The notes under the pieces were generated by a model. The model was not told the DNA's origin. It saw nothing but the letters and a program-made list of their open reading frames with translations, and did not search any database. A DNA stretch of 64,000 nt from Eledone cirrhosa (lineage: Eukaryota), in contig OZ024746.1 in NCBI GenBank assembly GCA_964016885.1, forward strand, positions 63,302,001-63,366,000. The letters run 5' to 3'. Position numbers and translations under genes: made by a program. Shown one piece after another: positions 14,091 to 27,363 of this stretch. Numbering within the stretch: the stretch's first letter is position 1; each line of letters begins with the position of its first letter.

Positions 14091-14315
14091 TTAACCCTTT
14101 TTATACCAACCTGTTTTTTATGAAACAAAAAAATAAACATCCATTTTAAGGGTTTCATACTTAAATTTAAAATTTCTAACAATGTTATATTAGAACCATG
14201 TTAAGTTAGTATGTGGTAATGAAATAATTAATAATTTTAGTGAATATTTAAAAAATTCTTCATTAATTAATTGAAATAGTGTATTTCATTAGAAATATAG
14301 TATTGAGGGGGTTAA
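14091..14315. mobile_element. Older piggyBac-like MITE
   Basis: TTAACCCTTT...GGGGTTAA ends. The internal motif TTAATTGAAA...GTATTTCATTAGAAATAT is shared with copies at ~26967-27566, ~40616-40926 and ~46051-46320. Confidence 0.55.
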
Positions 14316-15062
14316 GGTTGGCTCTTTACTACCCACATGTATATGCCCTGAAACTACTTTAACTAACATCCTCTATTGAACATGACCTGGTCATGGTCTT
14401 GTACTTAGCTGATGCTTCCCCTCTCCTATAACTGCTCCCATTGTGCCTGTACTTACAAACTCCCTCTCACACCACTGCCATCATCATCACCACCACAGCT
14501 ATTAGAACCACCAACACTACCATCATGCAGCTGTTAAAAACAATACTCAGCTGGAGTTGAAAGTAGCTCTTTGGTTTTGTGAAATTTATAGTTTTAAATG
14601 CATCCAAATGAAAAAGGTAACATGATCTATTTAAACATATTACTGGTGATGTTAATATTTAGGGGAATTTTCATTTATTAGTTTCTAGTGAATTTTTATG
14701 TATTTAATTTAAATTTCTTTGAATTTTTTTTTTGTTCTGGACTTTAAGAAGGTTGTGTGTGTGTGTCTGTCTGTGTTTTCAGAGAAGAAATTGAAGATAT
14801 GATCTTTCATACAAGCAGTCCACTATCAGTGTGATAATTTATAATTTTCTTTGTCTTTTACATTGTGTTCACCTTTTATAGAAATCTTATAAATAATTGT
14901 ATGTTAGGATATGTGTTATCTATCGTTGTTTAGCCATGGGTCAGTTCTCAGCCAAATATTTTTTCTTTTTATATCTAAAGCCACGAGGAAGATTTGGTTA
15001 CTATTTCTAGCATGTTAAACAACCATGTAGAAGCTCTTTCTTTTGCTACTGTTTTGTTGTCA

Positions 15063-15292
15063 CCCACACATACCAGTCTCCCCTCTCCACACCACCTATG
15101 TTATCCAAGGGAAAGACAAAAGCCAGTAGAGCTTGGCACCAATGACCTAGCAACTCATTTCTACAACTGATTAAACTGAAGCAATGTGAAATAGTGTCTT
15201 GCTCAGGGACACAACACTGCCCAGTTCAAGAATCAAACTCATAACCTCGTGATTTGAATCCAACGCTCTAACCACTTAACCATGCACCTTCA
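15063..15292 (-). mobile_element. SINE family B (tRNA head + CORE-like domain), older variant
   Basis: Reverse complement of TGGTTAAGTGGTTAGAGC...GTGTCCCTGAGCAAGACAC...TTTCACATTGCT. Confidence 0.7.
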
Positions 15293-15637
15293 CTTTAGCA
15301 GGTCAAATATTTTCATTCCCACCCTGTTTATAAGCATCTAACAAAACAGAGAAACTTTAGTAATAATTGTTTCTACTTTAGGCACAAGGGCAGAATGATT
15401 CATAGTTTCTTCACCTTCTCATCCATACTTGTTTTCACCACACCCTTACTACTAACATTGTATTTTACCAGAAGTCCACCTTTTATTCTAAACATAAACC
15501 AACACTGCATTTTTAGAATCAAAACTGGTCAACGCCATTACCACCACTACCACCATTACCACTACTGTTGTTACTATTACTACTATTTTTCTCAGTGTAA
15601 AACTTTATCATGGGGAGGTGGGAGAATGATAGTTCCA

Positions 15638-15753
15638 ATAATTGTTTCTACTTTTGGCACAAGGCCAGCAATTAGCCAGTACATTACTGGTACTTTATTT
15701 TATCGACCCCGTAAGGATGAAAGGCAACGTTAACCTCGGCGGGATTTGAACTC
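15638..15753 (-). mobile_element. SINE family A, 3' part
   Basis: Match to family A. A short flanking duplication, AATGATAGTTCCAATAAT, lies on both sides. Confidence 0.8.
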
Positions 15754-18700
15754 AATGATAGTTCCAATAATGTTATGATTTTAATCATCATCATCATTTT
15801 ATGTCTACTTTCCATACTGGCATGGGTTGGATGGGTTGTCAAAGTACAAGAGTAGACAGGTCAGCAGGCCCAGGTCTTGCTCATGCATTCCAATTTTGGC
15901 ATGATTTCTACAGCTGGGTACCCTTCCTAATGCCAACCATTTTACAAAATGTAGTGGGGTGCATTATATCATGGAACTGGTAGTACCACTTAGAGTATAC
16001 TGAGTGTATTTTATCATGGCACCAACACTAGGGAAGCTGTTGTGTTAATGGACTGAGTTTTATTAAGGGTGGAAAAATAACTAGTGATATCCCATCTCCT
16101 TCTCAGGTGCTCCTTCATTAATTTACCCAATAATAAGTATAGTAATTATCATTTCTAACTTTGGCAGAATCCATACAATTTCAGGTAAAGTTTATTTAAT
16201 TAAATAAATCCCCAGGTGAGACCAGCTGAGCTCATAGATATTATCCACTAGATATGATGGTTAGTTGCAATATAAGTGGGCTCCTACCGGACAAATAAGC
16301 AACCCTGAACCAACAGCAGTAAACTACTTGGGGAGGTGGAGCAATGGGTGACACTGTTAGCTCCCAAGAAAACTCTCACAGCCCAGTGAAAAACTTATTT
16401 TATTAAACTCCTCCATATGGTTGATTATTTTCTAAATTAATTAAAACACATAGGCAGTGTATTTCATTAAAATTATTATAATGTATGGGCTGGCATACAA
16501 AATTAGTAATTGTGGAATTTGAACTGTGAGCAAGGTGATATGGTAAATTATATACTACGTGTCATTTTTCAAGTATTGTTTACCCAGGACTTTATTTATT
16601 GCTCAATGCGCCCTACCTTTAAACCGATAGTGTGTGATACAAGGAAGCTGTGGCAACTATTTATATAACACTATAAGTAACCAACCTACATTGTTGATAT
16701 GACATGATATATATCTCCTTCAAGTAGAGTAAAATTGCCTTGTCTAAATAAACAGCTGTTGATTTTCAGATTTTCAACAAAAGTTAATTATAGAAGCACC
16801 TTTTAGTTGGAGAGTAAAGATACTTATATAGATGGGTACCAGATTATAATACTCCCAAAGGACATGATTCACGTTTTTTTAATTATTGCTGAAGGATAAA
16901 GTAAAAGTCCTTTTCTTCTCTCTTACTTTATATGGGTGGTTTGTTTTGTTTTTTGTGGTGTGTGGTTTTTTTGCATTTGTACTCAGTGACCTCTATTACT
17001 CTTTCTATTTTGAGAATTTATTTAAATCAATTCTATATTGAAGCAAATGTGCATTAGAAAAAAAATTTAAATGTAAATAGGTAATGCTAAGCTCTTAATT
17101 AACTTTTAATTTACACAATTAAGTTTATCCCTCGCCCACTCTAAATTTTTTTAATCTTTTATTTCAACATTATTTAATATCTTATTGTACACATTAATTA
17201 CTTCTGGTTATGTCATGCTTATTCTTTGTTGATGTCATAATCTCCCTTATACTAACTGGTTTATATTTTAGGTAATCTTCATTAATTCATCCCTTCTTTC
17301 GTGTGTGAGTGTGTGTATTTTTTGTTTTATTGTGACCCAATATATTTTGTTGAGCATTTTAGATTTTTTTTTTTTTCTTAAACTGAGCAATTAGGCAGTA
17401 TATTTCGTTAGAAATATAATAATCCAAGACTTAAAAACAACTATTGAGAAATGAAATACGTAACTTATTTTCCCTGCATACTAACTCAACACTTCTATTA
17501 CCATAATTCTAATAAAAAAAAAAACACTGCCTGTGATTTTGAAAATAATAAAGAATTTGGACAAATTTAGTAATATAAGTAACTTCCTTATTAACTTAGT
17601 GATTGGTGTATATCAGAACAAAGGTCAGACGATTTTATATCATAGAATCCTAGGGGTCATTTCAAGTAAATTGGTATCAAAAAGCTTAACTATATTGTTT
17701 TTCATGTGGGTGGCATCTCTGAGATTTTTATTCTCTTGACAACTCTATTTTTCTATGCCAACCAAAGCACAATAACTACTTTGATTTTGCTTTGCTGATG
17801 AGGTAAGAATAAGACCAGAACACACATGAAGTTGTCTTTCTTACTTGCCTGTAAAAACGAAACTGTAGTTATTGATTAATATATTATTTCTAGCTAGGTT
17901 TTTAATGCTATCTGCATTAACACTGCTAAAGCTAACTTAACTATTGTTTTTCATGAGAGTAGTATCTCTGAATAATTTATTCTATTGATCAGTTTTGTTC
18001 ATCTGAATTCCAGAAACTTGTATACTACATTGTGTATTATCAATTGTGAGATTTGTAGTGAAATTACTATTTTTGATAATTGTTCTTGTAGTAAATTATA
18101 TATAAATTTTGATAATGTAACTGACTACAAAAGGGTATCTATCTTTGGCACAGTGCCACAAAAGTCCCAAATTTGTAGTGATGAAATAACTGAGTTTGGC
18201 AGTTGAAATTGAAACATTATATATATATATATATATATAATAATTAAGGATGATTTGTTAAGCCTTCATTAAGCCAAATTGACCCTCATTGAGCCTAAGT
18301 TCACAATGAGGTTAAATAGATATTCATCTGCATAAATATTTGTTCATATATGCATGCACACACACACACCCACACACAAATTATATCTTTGGATTATGTA
18401 ATCATCTTAATATCAGATATATAATAACTGATCTGGTATGTAATAATTATTATTCTGTGATAATTTGATATTTGAAAATAACACGATCCCTACTTATGAA
18501 AGTATTAGCTTATAAAATATAATCACTATCATTTTTACCTTCTAAGTATTTAATAGTTGACAGTGGTAATATATTCAAGCCATAAGCAACTTTACAAGAC
18601 ACTTGATGCTAAGTCAAAGTAGTTATTAGATGTTGGTACTTGCTTGTAGATTTAGCACACCAACAATTCAAATGCATGTGGCATATACAAAACTGGTTTT

Positions 18701-18924
18701 ATTTTGAAAGATCATCACCACATATTTTATTTGGTGAAAAAACTATGTATATTGGACATGTCCTGGAATTAGTGCAATTTTAAGTTCTTTCAAAATAAAA
18801 TGAAACCAACTATGAAATAAGATTTTAAATTCATGTTTTTTAAAAGCTTGGTACATAAATTGCCTGAATACATTAGGTGCTACATTTTTCACAAGTTTTT
18901 CAATTAAATAAATGAAATGTGTAA

Positions 18925-19577
18925 TTTAAACCGGCCATATCCAGCCAGAATTCTCTCACCTCTTTCTGTTCAAACCAGCTGTAACCAGCTATTCATACTG
19001 ATGTTAAGGTATTGTTCTCAATATAAATATCAAGATGAATCGAGTTTGGTGCTCAAATCTTTCCAATCACACCAAAATCAGACTCTTCCAAGTAACAATT
19101 CAACCAATCTTGCTATATGGAAGTGAAACATGGAGGCTTTCATTCAAACAACAAAAGTGTCTTGATGGCCTGCTTCAGCGCATTCAGAACATAAGCTGGC
19201 GACATCTAACCTTGAGAGAGATATATGCCGGCCTCCCACGCATATGTCGTATGTAAAAGGAGAGTAAGATTTACTGGCCACTGCCATCGTGCCACCTATA
19301 AGGCTGTGTCCCCATTAGTGCTTTGGAAACCACAAGCATTCACTAATAACAGGGGGCGCAGGCTCTCCTATCCCGATGTCATCTCCAGAGATTCTGGTAT
19401 TAAAATTCAGGATTTGGCAGCAGCAATGAACGACAGATCCATGTGGAGATCAATTGTTGAGTCAATTTTGGCTGAGGTCGCCGGGTGATAATAAATATCA
19501 AAATCTCGTAGGTTCAATATTATGAGATAAAGCCTTTACAATGAAAATATAGAGTAATGTAAATGCTAAAGTGTTAA
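18925..19577 (+). mobile_element. piggyBac-like MITE (family C) interrupted by a LINE fragment
   Basis: Family C body (AAACCGGCCATATCCAGCCAGAATTCTCTCACC...) split at 19033/19491; right end TAAATGCTAAAGTGTTAA. Confidence 0.8.
19034..19490 (+). mobile_element. 5'-truncated RTE-like LINE, C-terminal ORF remnant
   Basis: Frameshifted peptides KIRLFQVTIQPILLYGSETW and RRVRFTGHCHR...DRSMWRSIV. Flanked by an 11-bp target-site duplication ATAAATATCAA (19023-19033, 19491-19501). Confidence 0.85.
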
Positions 19578-20160
19578 GGCATAATAATATAACCCTCTTG
19601 AAAGTACTAGTCCAGGGTTATTGATTGGTAGAGCATGAGATAGGCTGCCTTGCACTGAGTTATTTCTGAGTTCAAATCTGGCTGTGACTTACTTGGATGA
19701 TAGGCATTATCTGCTGTTGCCCAGTTCAATACCTTTGAGCATTTTTTGTAGAGTCCATGTTGGTGGAAGCATTTGGACAAGATGTTTGAAGAGTCATGGT
19801 CATTGCCTTCTTATACAGTTAAAAATAAAATTCACTTCAGTAGATCATACAAGCTGTTTCAGAACACAAATTTTTTTTCTTTTTTTATTAAGTAAAACAG
19901 ATGATTTTCCTCACACACCAACATAGCCTTATCCACCAACCATGGTTAAAATGAACAAACAAATGATCACCTATTGTCACGCAACAATAAACCTTCTAAC
20001 ATAACATTCTTTTCATAACATAGAAGAAAGTTAAGATCTCTAAATGATTCAGACAATAGACTACTTAATATCTGATAGTTTGTCTGCGAATTCATATTTA
20101 CCACTGTACTTACATACTCACCTTGTCATTTTGTCTCTCCACTAAACAATTTTGGTACAT

Positions 20161-20202
<42 letters not shown>

Positions 20203-20801
20203 AGCTAGAAAAAAGATTATATTCAAATCTTAGCTCTCCCACACAGTTGAATAGTTATATTCTTATCATGTAAGTTTTTTTTTACAATTTTATATTAGAT
20301 TGTTGGTATAAAACCTGAAAATATATAACCATTCTCTTTCCTTTCTTTAGAAGTAAGATTTTGTCCTTTTTTTAATCCTGTTTATCTTCCCCTCCACATC
20401 CCCTGTCCTTTAGAATTGAAGTTGTTTCTCATGTCTTTAATAATTTCCTTCAACTATAGAAAATTTGTTTTTCCATTTCTTTACACATGTCATATAAGGA
20501 AGTGTGTGTATATGTGTGTGCATCTTTTTTTTTTTTTGATTTTGATTACAAACCGCTTTCATCATCAGTAACCTGAATTTAAATTGTGCGTTCTTCCCCC
20601 ACCTCCCCGTGTACATGCGCAGTCCTTCCGTATTGATCCACATTCCTTCTCCTATGACAAATTGTTGCTACTATGTAGCAGTGTGGAATCAGAAGGCTAC
20701 AGGGCGTCTTCTTATTTTACAGATCAATACTATTGAATGATAATCATTGTATAAGCAATCAAAATAAACAAAACAACTATAGCAGTCTATATAAGAAAAA
20801 T

Positions 20802-20968
20802 GTGTGTGTGTGTATATATACATGTGAGTGTGTGTGTGTGTGTATACATGTGTATATATACGTGTGGTGTGTATGTATGTGTATGTATATATGTATGTAT
20901 ATATATGTATGTATGTGTGTGTATATATATATGTATGTATGTGTGTGTGAGCATGTCTATGTATGTAT
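20802..20968. repeat. (TG)n/(TATG)n compound microsatellite
   Basis: Direct reading. Confidence 0.9.
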
Positions 20969-23212
20969 TTAATGCTCAATATCCATGGTTTCTTTACTTG
21001 TAGAAAATGAAAGCAATGCACTAGTTACATTATTGTTTTGCTATATGTATATCTATTTTATTGATCTCCCCCCCCCCCCCTCTGACCATCTGACTAACTC
21101 TGACTAACCATAGAATTTAATAAGCTCTTCTTCCTTCCTTTCTTCTTCCCTCACTCTTCACCTCACTAGTTCATTTTCAGTGTAATTTCCCCTTTAACCC
21201 TCACATTTAGTAATCAACCTGGCCATCAGGTAATAAGTACAAGTGAGACATCGAGAGAGAGACTGACACAGTCAGGGAGAGAAATAGAGAGACAGACAGA
21301 CAGACAGTCAGGGAGAGAAATAGAGAGACAGGGAGAGAGAGAGACAGACAGACAGTCAGGGAGAGAAATAGAGTAGAGGCGGGGACAGGCAGAAAGAAAG
21401 AGTGATTCAGAGAGAAAGAGACCTACTGATCTACCTTTCTAACAAGTTATATGCTGTCATTTATGAAAAATAAATCTATCTCTTTATGTTTAGTTTAGTT
21501 AAATATTTATTTTCTTGTCTTTAATTTGTCTCTCCTCTACATTGTCCTTCTATATAATGCTGATGATAGTCATGAGGGACTTCACTATCCAATCAAATGT
21601 ATTATTATAGTATATATATATCTCAGATGTTAATGTGTCTGAGATGTTGTTGTAGTAGTAGTAGTACATGTTGAAGCAGGGACTAGCAGCAGCTCCCAAC
21701 TGTTTGATATAGGGAGTAGATTCTTCGATTTTCTCTCCTTGATTTCCCTATTTGCCTGCTACCATGTGTGCATGCATGGTTTATTTCCCTCCATTTTTAT
21801 ACTGGCCTAGATGATACATGCTATACATTTGGGGGGGTGGGATTGGAGGTTTATTGTTGTAAGGGATAATCTTTTAATCTGTAGCCATGGATGATGTACA
21901 CACACTGTACACACGCATATATCTATACTAGCCCTTGCTTAAACAATGTCCCATATTAACAGGATTACATTTTTCTATCTGAATTCTTGAACTCCTGGTC
22001 TTTGTGTCACTGTAACCATTTACCTCAAATATTTCTAAGCCACGGTAAGATCATAAATATGTATATATGTATATATCTTATTGCTCTCATCTTTAAATTA
22101 TATTAATCACATACATTATTCAATGTCTCTGGTACAAATTTTACTTCTGCTTCTTTGTTGTTGCATCATATATCATATAGAGGTATGTGTGTGAATATAC
22201 ATTTGTGTGTGTCACGGTGTGTTTTTTATACACGTGTCTGTCTGTGTGTGTTGGTGACAGTAATGTGGGGGGGGGGGGGGGGTGAAGAGGGGGAGAAACA
22301 GGAAGACTGTTAATAGATTGTCACAGGTATCTGGGCAACAATGTATGATTTTGTGTGGGTCAGGTGTAAAGAAATGCTTTAAAATTTAGGTGAATGGGAC
22401 TGAAAAGAGAGAGAAAGAGCAGAGAGCCAGTTATGGAAGGGAGTGGAGATAGTAATGCTTGATGTTGTGTTGCTATCATTAGACAGCCATAGCAGCAGTT
22501 GTGTGTTGTTCGCTGTTAATGCACCATCTGACACTATTTTATATTAGATTTGTTTTCTAATGGCTGGCATTGAGAGGATATGGGGAAACACTAGTGACAA
22601 TGAGAGGACACTAAAACTTGTAACGGGGAAACACATGTCAATATTTTCCCCGTGTTTAGCTTCCTTTTAGGAAATCAGTCTCGTAGCTTTCATCTCATTT
22701 TCTACCCTTTACTTGTGTACATATGTATGTATATGTCTATGTACATGTGTGTAAATGTGTACATTTATATACATACATATATACATTCATATATATATAT
22801 ATATACACATTCATATATATATATACACACACATACATGCATGCATGCATCATGGTGGCTGCAACTCGATTTCGAGTAATGCCATCACTTGATCACAGAC
22901 ATGGCATTTTAGTCCTGCTAGGGACTTACCTATGGCCAGTAATGCTATGCATCACAAAAGTCATACATACATATGCATACACACACACGCATACATGCAT
23001 GTGTATGTATACACGCACATGTGTATGTATGTACATCATTTTTACCAGCATTGTTAAGACCCATTGTCTCCCAGTGTGACCAGAATTCAGCTTAAACATT
23101 TATATTTGAAAGTATTCAAAATAAAATTTCAAACTAAAGCAGTAAAAGAATGTTTGAAAAACTTCCTTGTTTTTCCTACATTAAATTTTATTTATTAGCT
23201 GTTTATTTTACA

Positions 23213-23404
23213 ATTTAAACCAGCCATATACGGCCAGAATTCTTTCACCTCTTTTTGTTCAAACCAGCCACTCATCCGAATGTTTATATAAATAAATATC
23301 AAAATCAATATCAAAATCTCATAGATTCAATATTATGTGAGATAAAGCCTTTACTCTATATTTACTATTATATTTTCACAGTAAAGTAAATGCGAAAGGG
23401 TTAA
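23213..23404 (+). mobile_element. piggyBac-like MITE family C (left end degraded)
   Basis: Family C body; right end TAAATGCGAAAGGGTTAA. Confidence 0.75.
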
Positions 23405-24454
23405 AGGTAATTTATATGAATAGAGGAGTATTATGTATCTTAACCATTTCATATTCAGTGAAGCATTAGACTACCCTATCCTGGTCAATGTTTAAACTAC
23501 CTGCTTCAATAAAAAAAATTGTTTTTTTAATAGAATTTGTATAAAGCTGGAAACATCAATAAGTTTTGTATGTCAATGAAAGGCATAAACACCTCTAAGC
23601 CTCAATATCCCTACAAAAGGTTATGTATTTTGTTCATTTATAGAGCAACTATTCTCACAAAAGAAAATATAACATAGCCTATATGTTGTTCAGTCAACTG
23701 AGTTAATTGAAAACATCTCGCTTATTACTTCCATCCGTTATATCACCTGCATAAAATTTTGTTATATGCAATGTATTGTACAAAAACATTTTGTTGGATA
23801 TATTTTTAAACAGAATAATCGATGTCTTTGTCCTACTTTATTCATTGCTTGAATAAATCATCACCTTATTTAACATGGCTCAATGCCCATCATTTTTAAT
23901 ACAGAAAAAAGCTTGAATCTCTGGCTTAATAATGCAAGCCAAGATCTGGCTGCTCTAGAAATTTAAGTTTACATTGTCAACATTTTTTTACTGAGAAGAC
24001 TGGAGTAAGTTGAAAGATTACTTCTTCAAATTTTGTAGTTATATAATTTTTAGTTTGAGACAACGTGGAAGTTTTGAACTGTTTGGTAAGAGTGTAGTTA
24101 TGTTTGTTTTAATACACCATCAACATTGTTTTTCTGTTTGTTTTTCCATGACGGCATAGTTTTGGCAATATTCTATAACCTGAAGCCTTTCCTAATGCCA
24201 ACCTTTGTTTTTTAAATAGCATACTGATCTTCACGTCAAACTACTAAGCCATATAGCTTGAAATAAACAAACCCATGCAAGTGTGGAACAGTGCATGTAA
24301 AATGAAATTCGGCTACTAGTGATGTCAAATGTGAAGCAAGCATGTGCACGCACACATATATATATATATAAACACACACACACACAGTCTGCTTCCATAG
24401 TTTCCATCTACCAAATTCTCTCACAAAGTATTTATCAACCCCATGGCTATACTC

Positions 24455-24644
24455 ATCCTCATCATCAATGTTTAACGTCCGTGTTCCACGCTTGCATGGG
24501 TTTGGACGGGGGTTTTCCCACTTAAGGCAAGAGTGATTATCTTTGCTCGCACAGGACTGTCTGGCGGGTTTTCTACAGCTGGATGCCCTTCCTAACACCA
24601 ACCACATTTACAGTGGTTGGTGTTAGGAAGGGCATCCAGCTGTA
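24455..24644 (-). mobile_element. RTE-LINE/SINE 3' tail fragment ending in a 32-bp fold-back
   Basis: CATCATCAATGTTTAACGTCC...CAGCTGGATGCCCTTCCTAACACCAACCAC followed by its own reverse complement. Confidence 0.8.
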
Positions 24645-24940
24645 TACTATACTTGACAAAGTTCACAATAGAATAGACCTTGAAACTTGTGGTTATGAAG
24701 CAAATTAGTTTTCTTCTTTGCCCTCAGTCATGGGTGCAAAGACCTCAGACATGCCTTCTGGAGGGTCATATCAGAAACAACGGTCTCCAAATGATCTGAC
24801 TGGATCTCCATTTGAGACCAACAAGGCTCATGATACATTGAATAATGTATTGCTAGATATAGAAAAATATGGGATTGTAATAGCCGGAACACCTTTGATC
24901 ATAGGTCTGCTGACTTATAAGTTTTTCATACTGTAGTTGT

Positions 24941-25498
24941 TTTAACCCTTTAGCGTTTAAACTGGCCGTATCTGGCCAGAATTCTCTCACCTTTTTCTGT
25001 TCAAACTGGCCATAAATGACTACTCATCACCATTTTATGTCCACTTTTCCCTGCTTGCAAGGGGTGGAACGGGAACTGATACTGGCTTGATTTCTACAGC
25101 TGGATGCCCTTCCTAACACCAACCTCATTTACAGTGAGTGCTGGGTGCTTTTTTGCCGTGGCACCTCCACGACCACTTTGCAGTGGAATGATAGGGACCC
25201 CAGTCCCTATCATCTCATTTCTACAGCTGAGTAAACTGGAGCAACGTGAAATAAAGTGTCTTGCTCAAGGAAACAACACATCAGCCGGTCTGAGAATTGA
25301 ACTAACAATCTTTCGATTGCAAGGCCAATGCTCTAACCACTAAGCCATGTGCCTCATACTTATGTTAAGGTATTCTTCTCAAAATAAATATCAAAATCTC
25401 ATAGATTTTATATCATGTGAGATAATTATGTGAAATAAAGTGTTTACTGTGACAATACAATAGTAAATATAGAGTAATGCAAATGCTAAAGGGTTAAG
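24941..25498 (+). mobile_element. piggyBac-like MITE family C with a nested SINE B
   Basis: TTAACCCTTTAGCGTTT ... AAATGCTAAAGGGTTAA terminal inverted repeats with TTAA at both ends. Confidence 0.85.
25026..25355 (-). mobile_element. SINE family B (young subfamily)
   Basis: tRNA head (TGGCTTAGTGGTTAGAGC...GTTCAATTC), CORE-like TCCTTGAGCAAGACACTT and an RTE-like tail. Nearly identical to the copies at 27030 and 29555. Confidence 0.88.
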
Positions 25499-25574
25499 TA
25501 TACCTTTATACATTGCATAGATGTTTCTATAATTATAAAGAAAATCAATCTCAAAATTATTATTATTATTATTA

Positions 25575-26095
25575 ATCATGGACATTGTCCTTCCCATTGG
25601 TGTTGAAGACTTCCCACATCCTCCTTTTTCATTGGAACTGGTCCAGTACACGTCTGACGGCAGTTGCCAGAATCATATCACACCAGCCAATCATCCTGCC
25701 ACCATCTTACCAAGTGACCCCCACCTGTTTTTGTTGAAACAACTCTGAGCATCACCCTCTTGGTCAGCCTGCTGTCTGGCATGTGACATGTGTAGCCAAA
25801 AAGCCCAAGCTACCTCAGCATAATTGTCTGCCATAACCTTCTTGGCGCCATAACCTTCTTGGCTCAATGCACCCCAGGACTTCTGTGTTAGTAACATGTT
25901 CTGCAGATGTCTATAGCAGCACATCTCAAATACTTCCAGCTTGCACCAGTCTCCCTTCCACAATGTCCACTTTTCGGTAATGTATAGCAGAACACTGAAC
26001 ATATTCGTGCAGAGAACATCTATCTTCATGGCGAGGGCTATATTTTTACTTCTGCAGATCTTGCCCAAACTCTGCCAGTGTGCTGCACAACAATG
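25575..26095 (-). mobile_element. Degenerate RTE-like LINE 3' fragment
   Basis: ORF 25691-26101 has FSVLLY.TEKWTL...KLEVFEMCCYR, a typical post-RT region of RTE elements. Confidence 0.75.
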
Positions 26096-27029
26096 TATCA
26101 AAATAGGGGACTAAAATATTTAAAATGTTAAGAACCTGGTCCATCCTTGGTAATATAAAGTTGATTTTTTTTTTTATCAACCAACAAAAAGGCAGATGAA
26201 AAAATAAAAGTTATTAAAAGTAAATGGATATTTTTAGAATATAATCTGGCTGAACAACAGGAAATATTAATGTCAAGTTTGTATTTAGATACAGAATGAT
26301 TGAGTGGCTCAGCTGCCAAACTCAGATCATGCTTCAGGAATCCCTATTCTGTGGCACAATACACTTTCTGTTTTAACAAGACCCTTAATTCTACTTGTAA
26401 AGGTACATGACCTGGCGGTTGGGGTATGATTCTAATTCCAGGGTGGATGTTGCACTGTCAGTAATTCAATTTGTGTCAACTTAAGTTGTAATGAATATTA
26501 AGGTAGTCAAAACAATTAAAATATAAAAACAACCTTTAAATAGTTCATGTTCTGTGTAACTTATTTACTCAGAAAACATTTGTATATTTGATTAAGTGAC
26601 TAACAGTTTAATGGAAGTTGTAATAATGCTCAGGAGAGGGATTAAAGATAAGAGCGTATAGTAATAAGATTACAGATGTCTTAAGATGTTGGTAACATTA
26701 ATGTATAGGAAAGGATTAACAATATATTGTTTCTTTTACTGGTTGGTTCAGATAGGTGATTGCTTCTCATTCGCAATAGAATATCTTCATATTCTCTTTT
26801 TTACTTTATTATTAGTTTAGTCAAGAGAAAAAAAAGCCATGCTCATGGCCATCAGGGAGCAACCAAAACTGGCCAGATTGATGTCATTAAATTGACCACT
26901 TCCTAGATGAGAGTAGTCATGCTGCTTCCCTGTTAACTAAAATATTTGTCTTTGCTAGGTTTGATTTAACCATTTGATACTGAACTGACTGAAATTGCTC
27001 TGGATTTATGATAGAAAACTGCTTATTTT

Positions 27030-27363
27030 CATCATTTCATTTTACGTCCACTTTTCCCTGCTTGCAAGGGTGGGACGGGAACTGATTCTGGCTTGATTTC
27101 TACAGCTACATGCCCTTCCTGACACCAACCTCATTTACAGTGAGTGCTGGGTGCTTTTTTGCCGTGGCACCTCCACGACCACTTTGCAGTGGAATGATAG
27201 GGACCCCAGTCCCTATCATCTCATTTCTACAGCTGAGTAAACTGGAGCAATGTGAAATAAAGTGTCTTGCTCAAGGAAACAACACATCACCCGGTCTGAG
27301 AATTGAACTCACAACCTTTTTGATTGCAAGGCCAATGCTCTAACCACTAAGCCATGTGCCTCC
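27030..27363 (-). mobile_element. SINE family B (young subfamily), nested in an older TTAA MITE (~26967-27566)
   Basis: Near-identical to 25026-25355. Confidence 0.88.

Noticed and set aside
25104-27343. Duplicated 77-79 aa ORFs MPFLTPTSF...
   Set aside because: Antisense reading frames of two SINE B copies, not a gene duplication.
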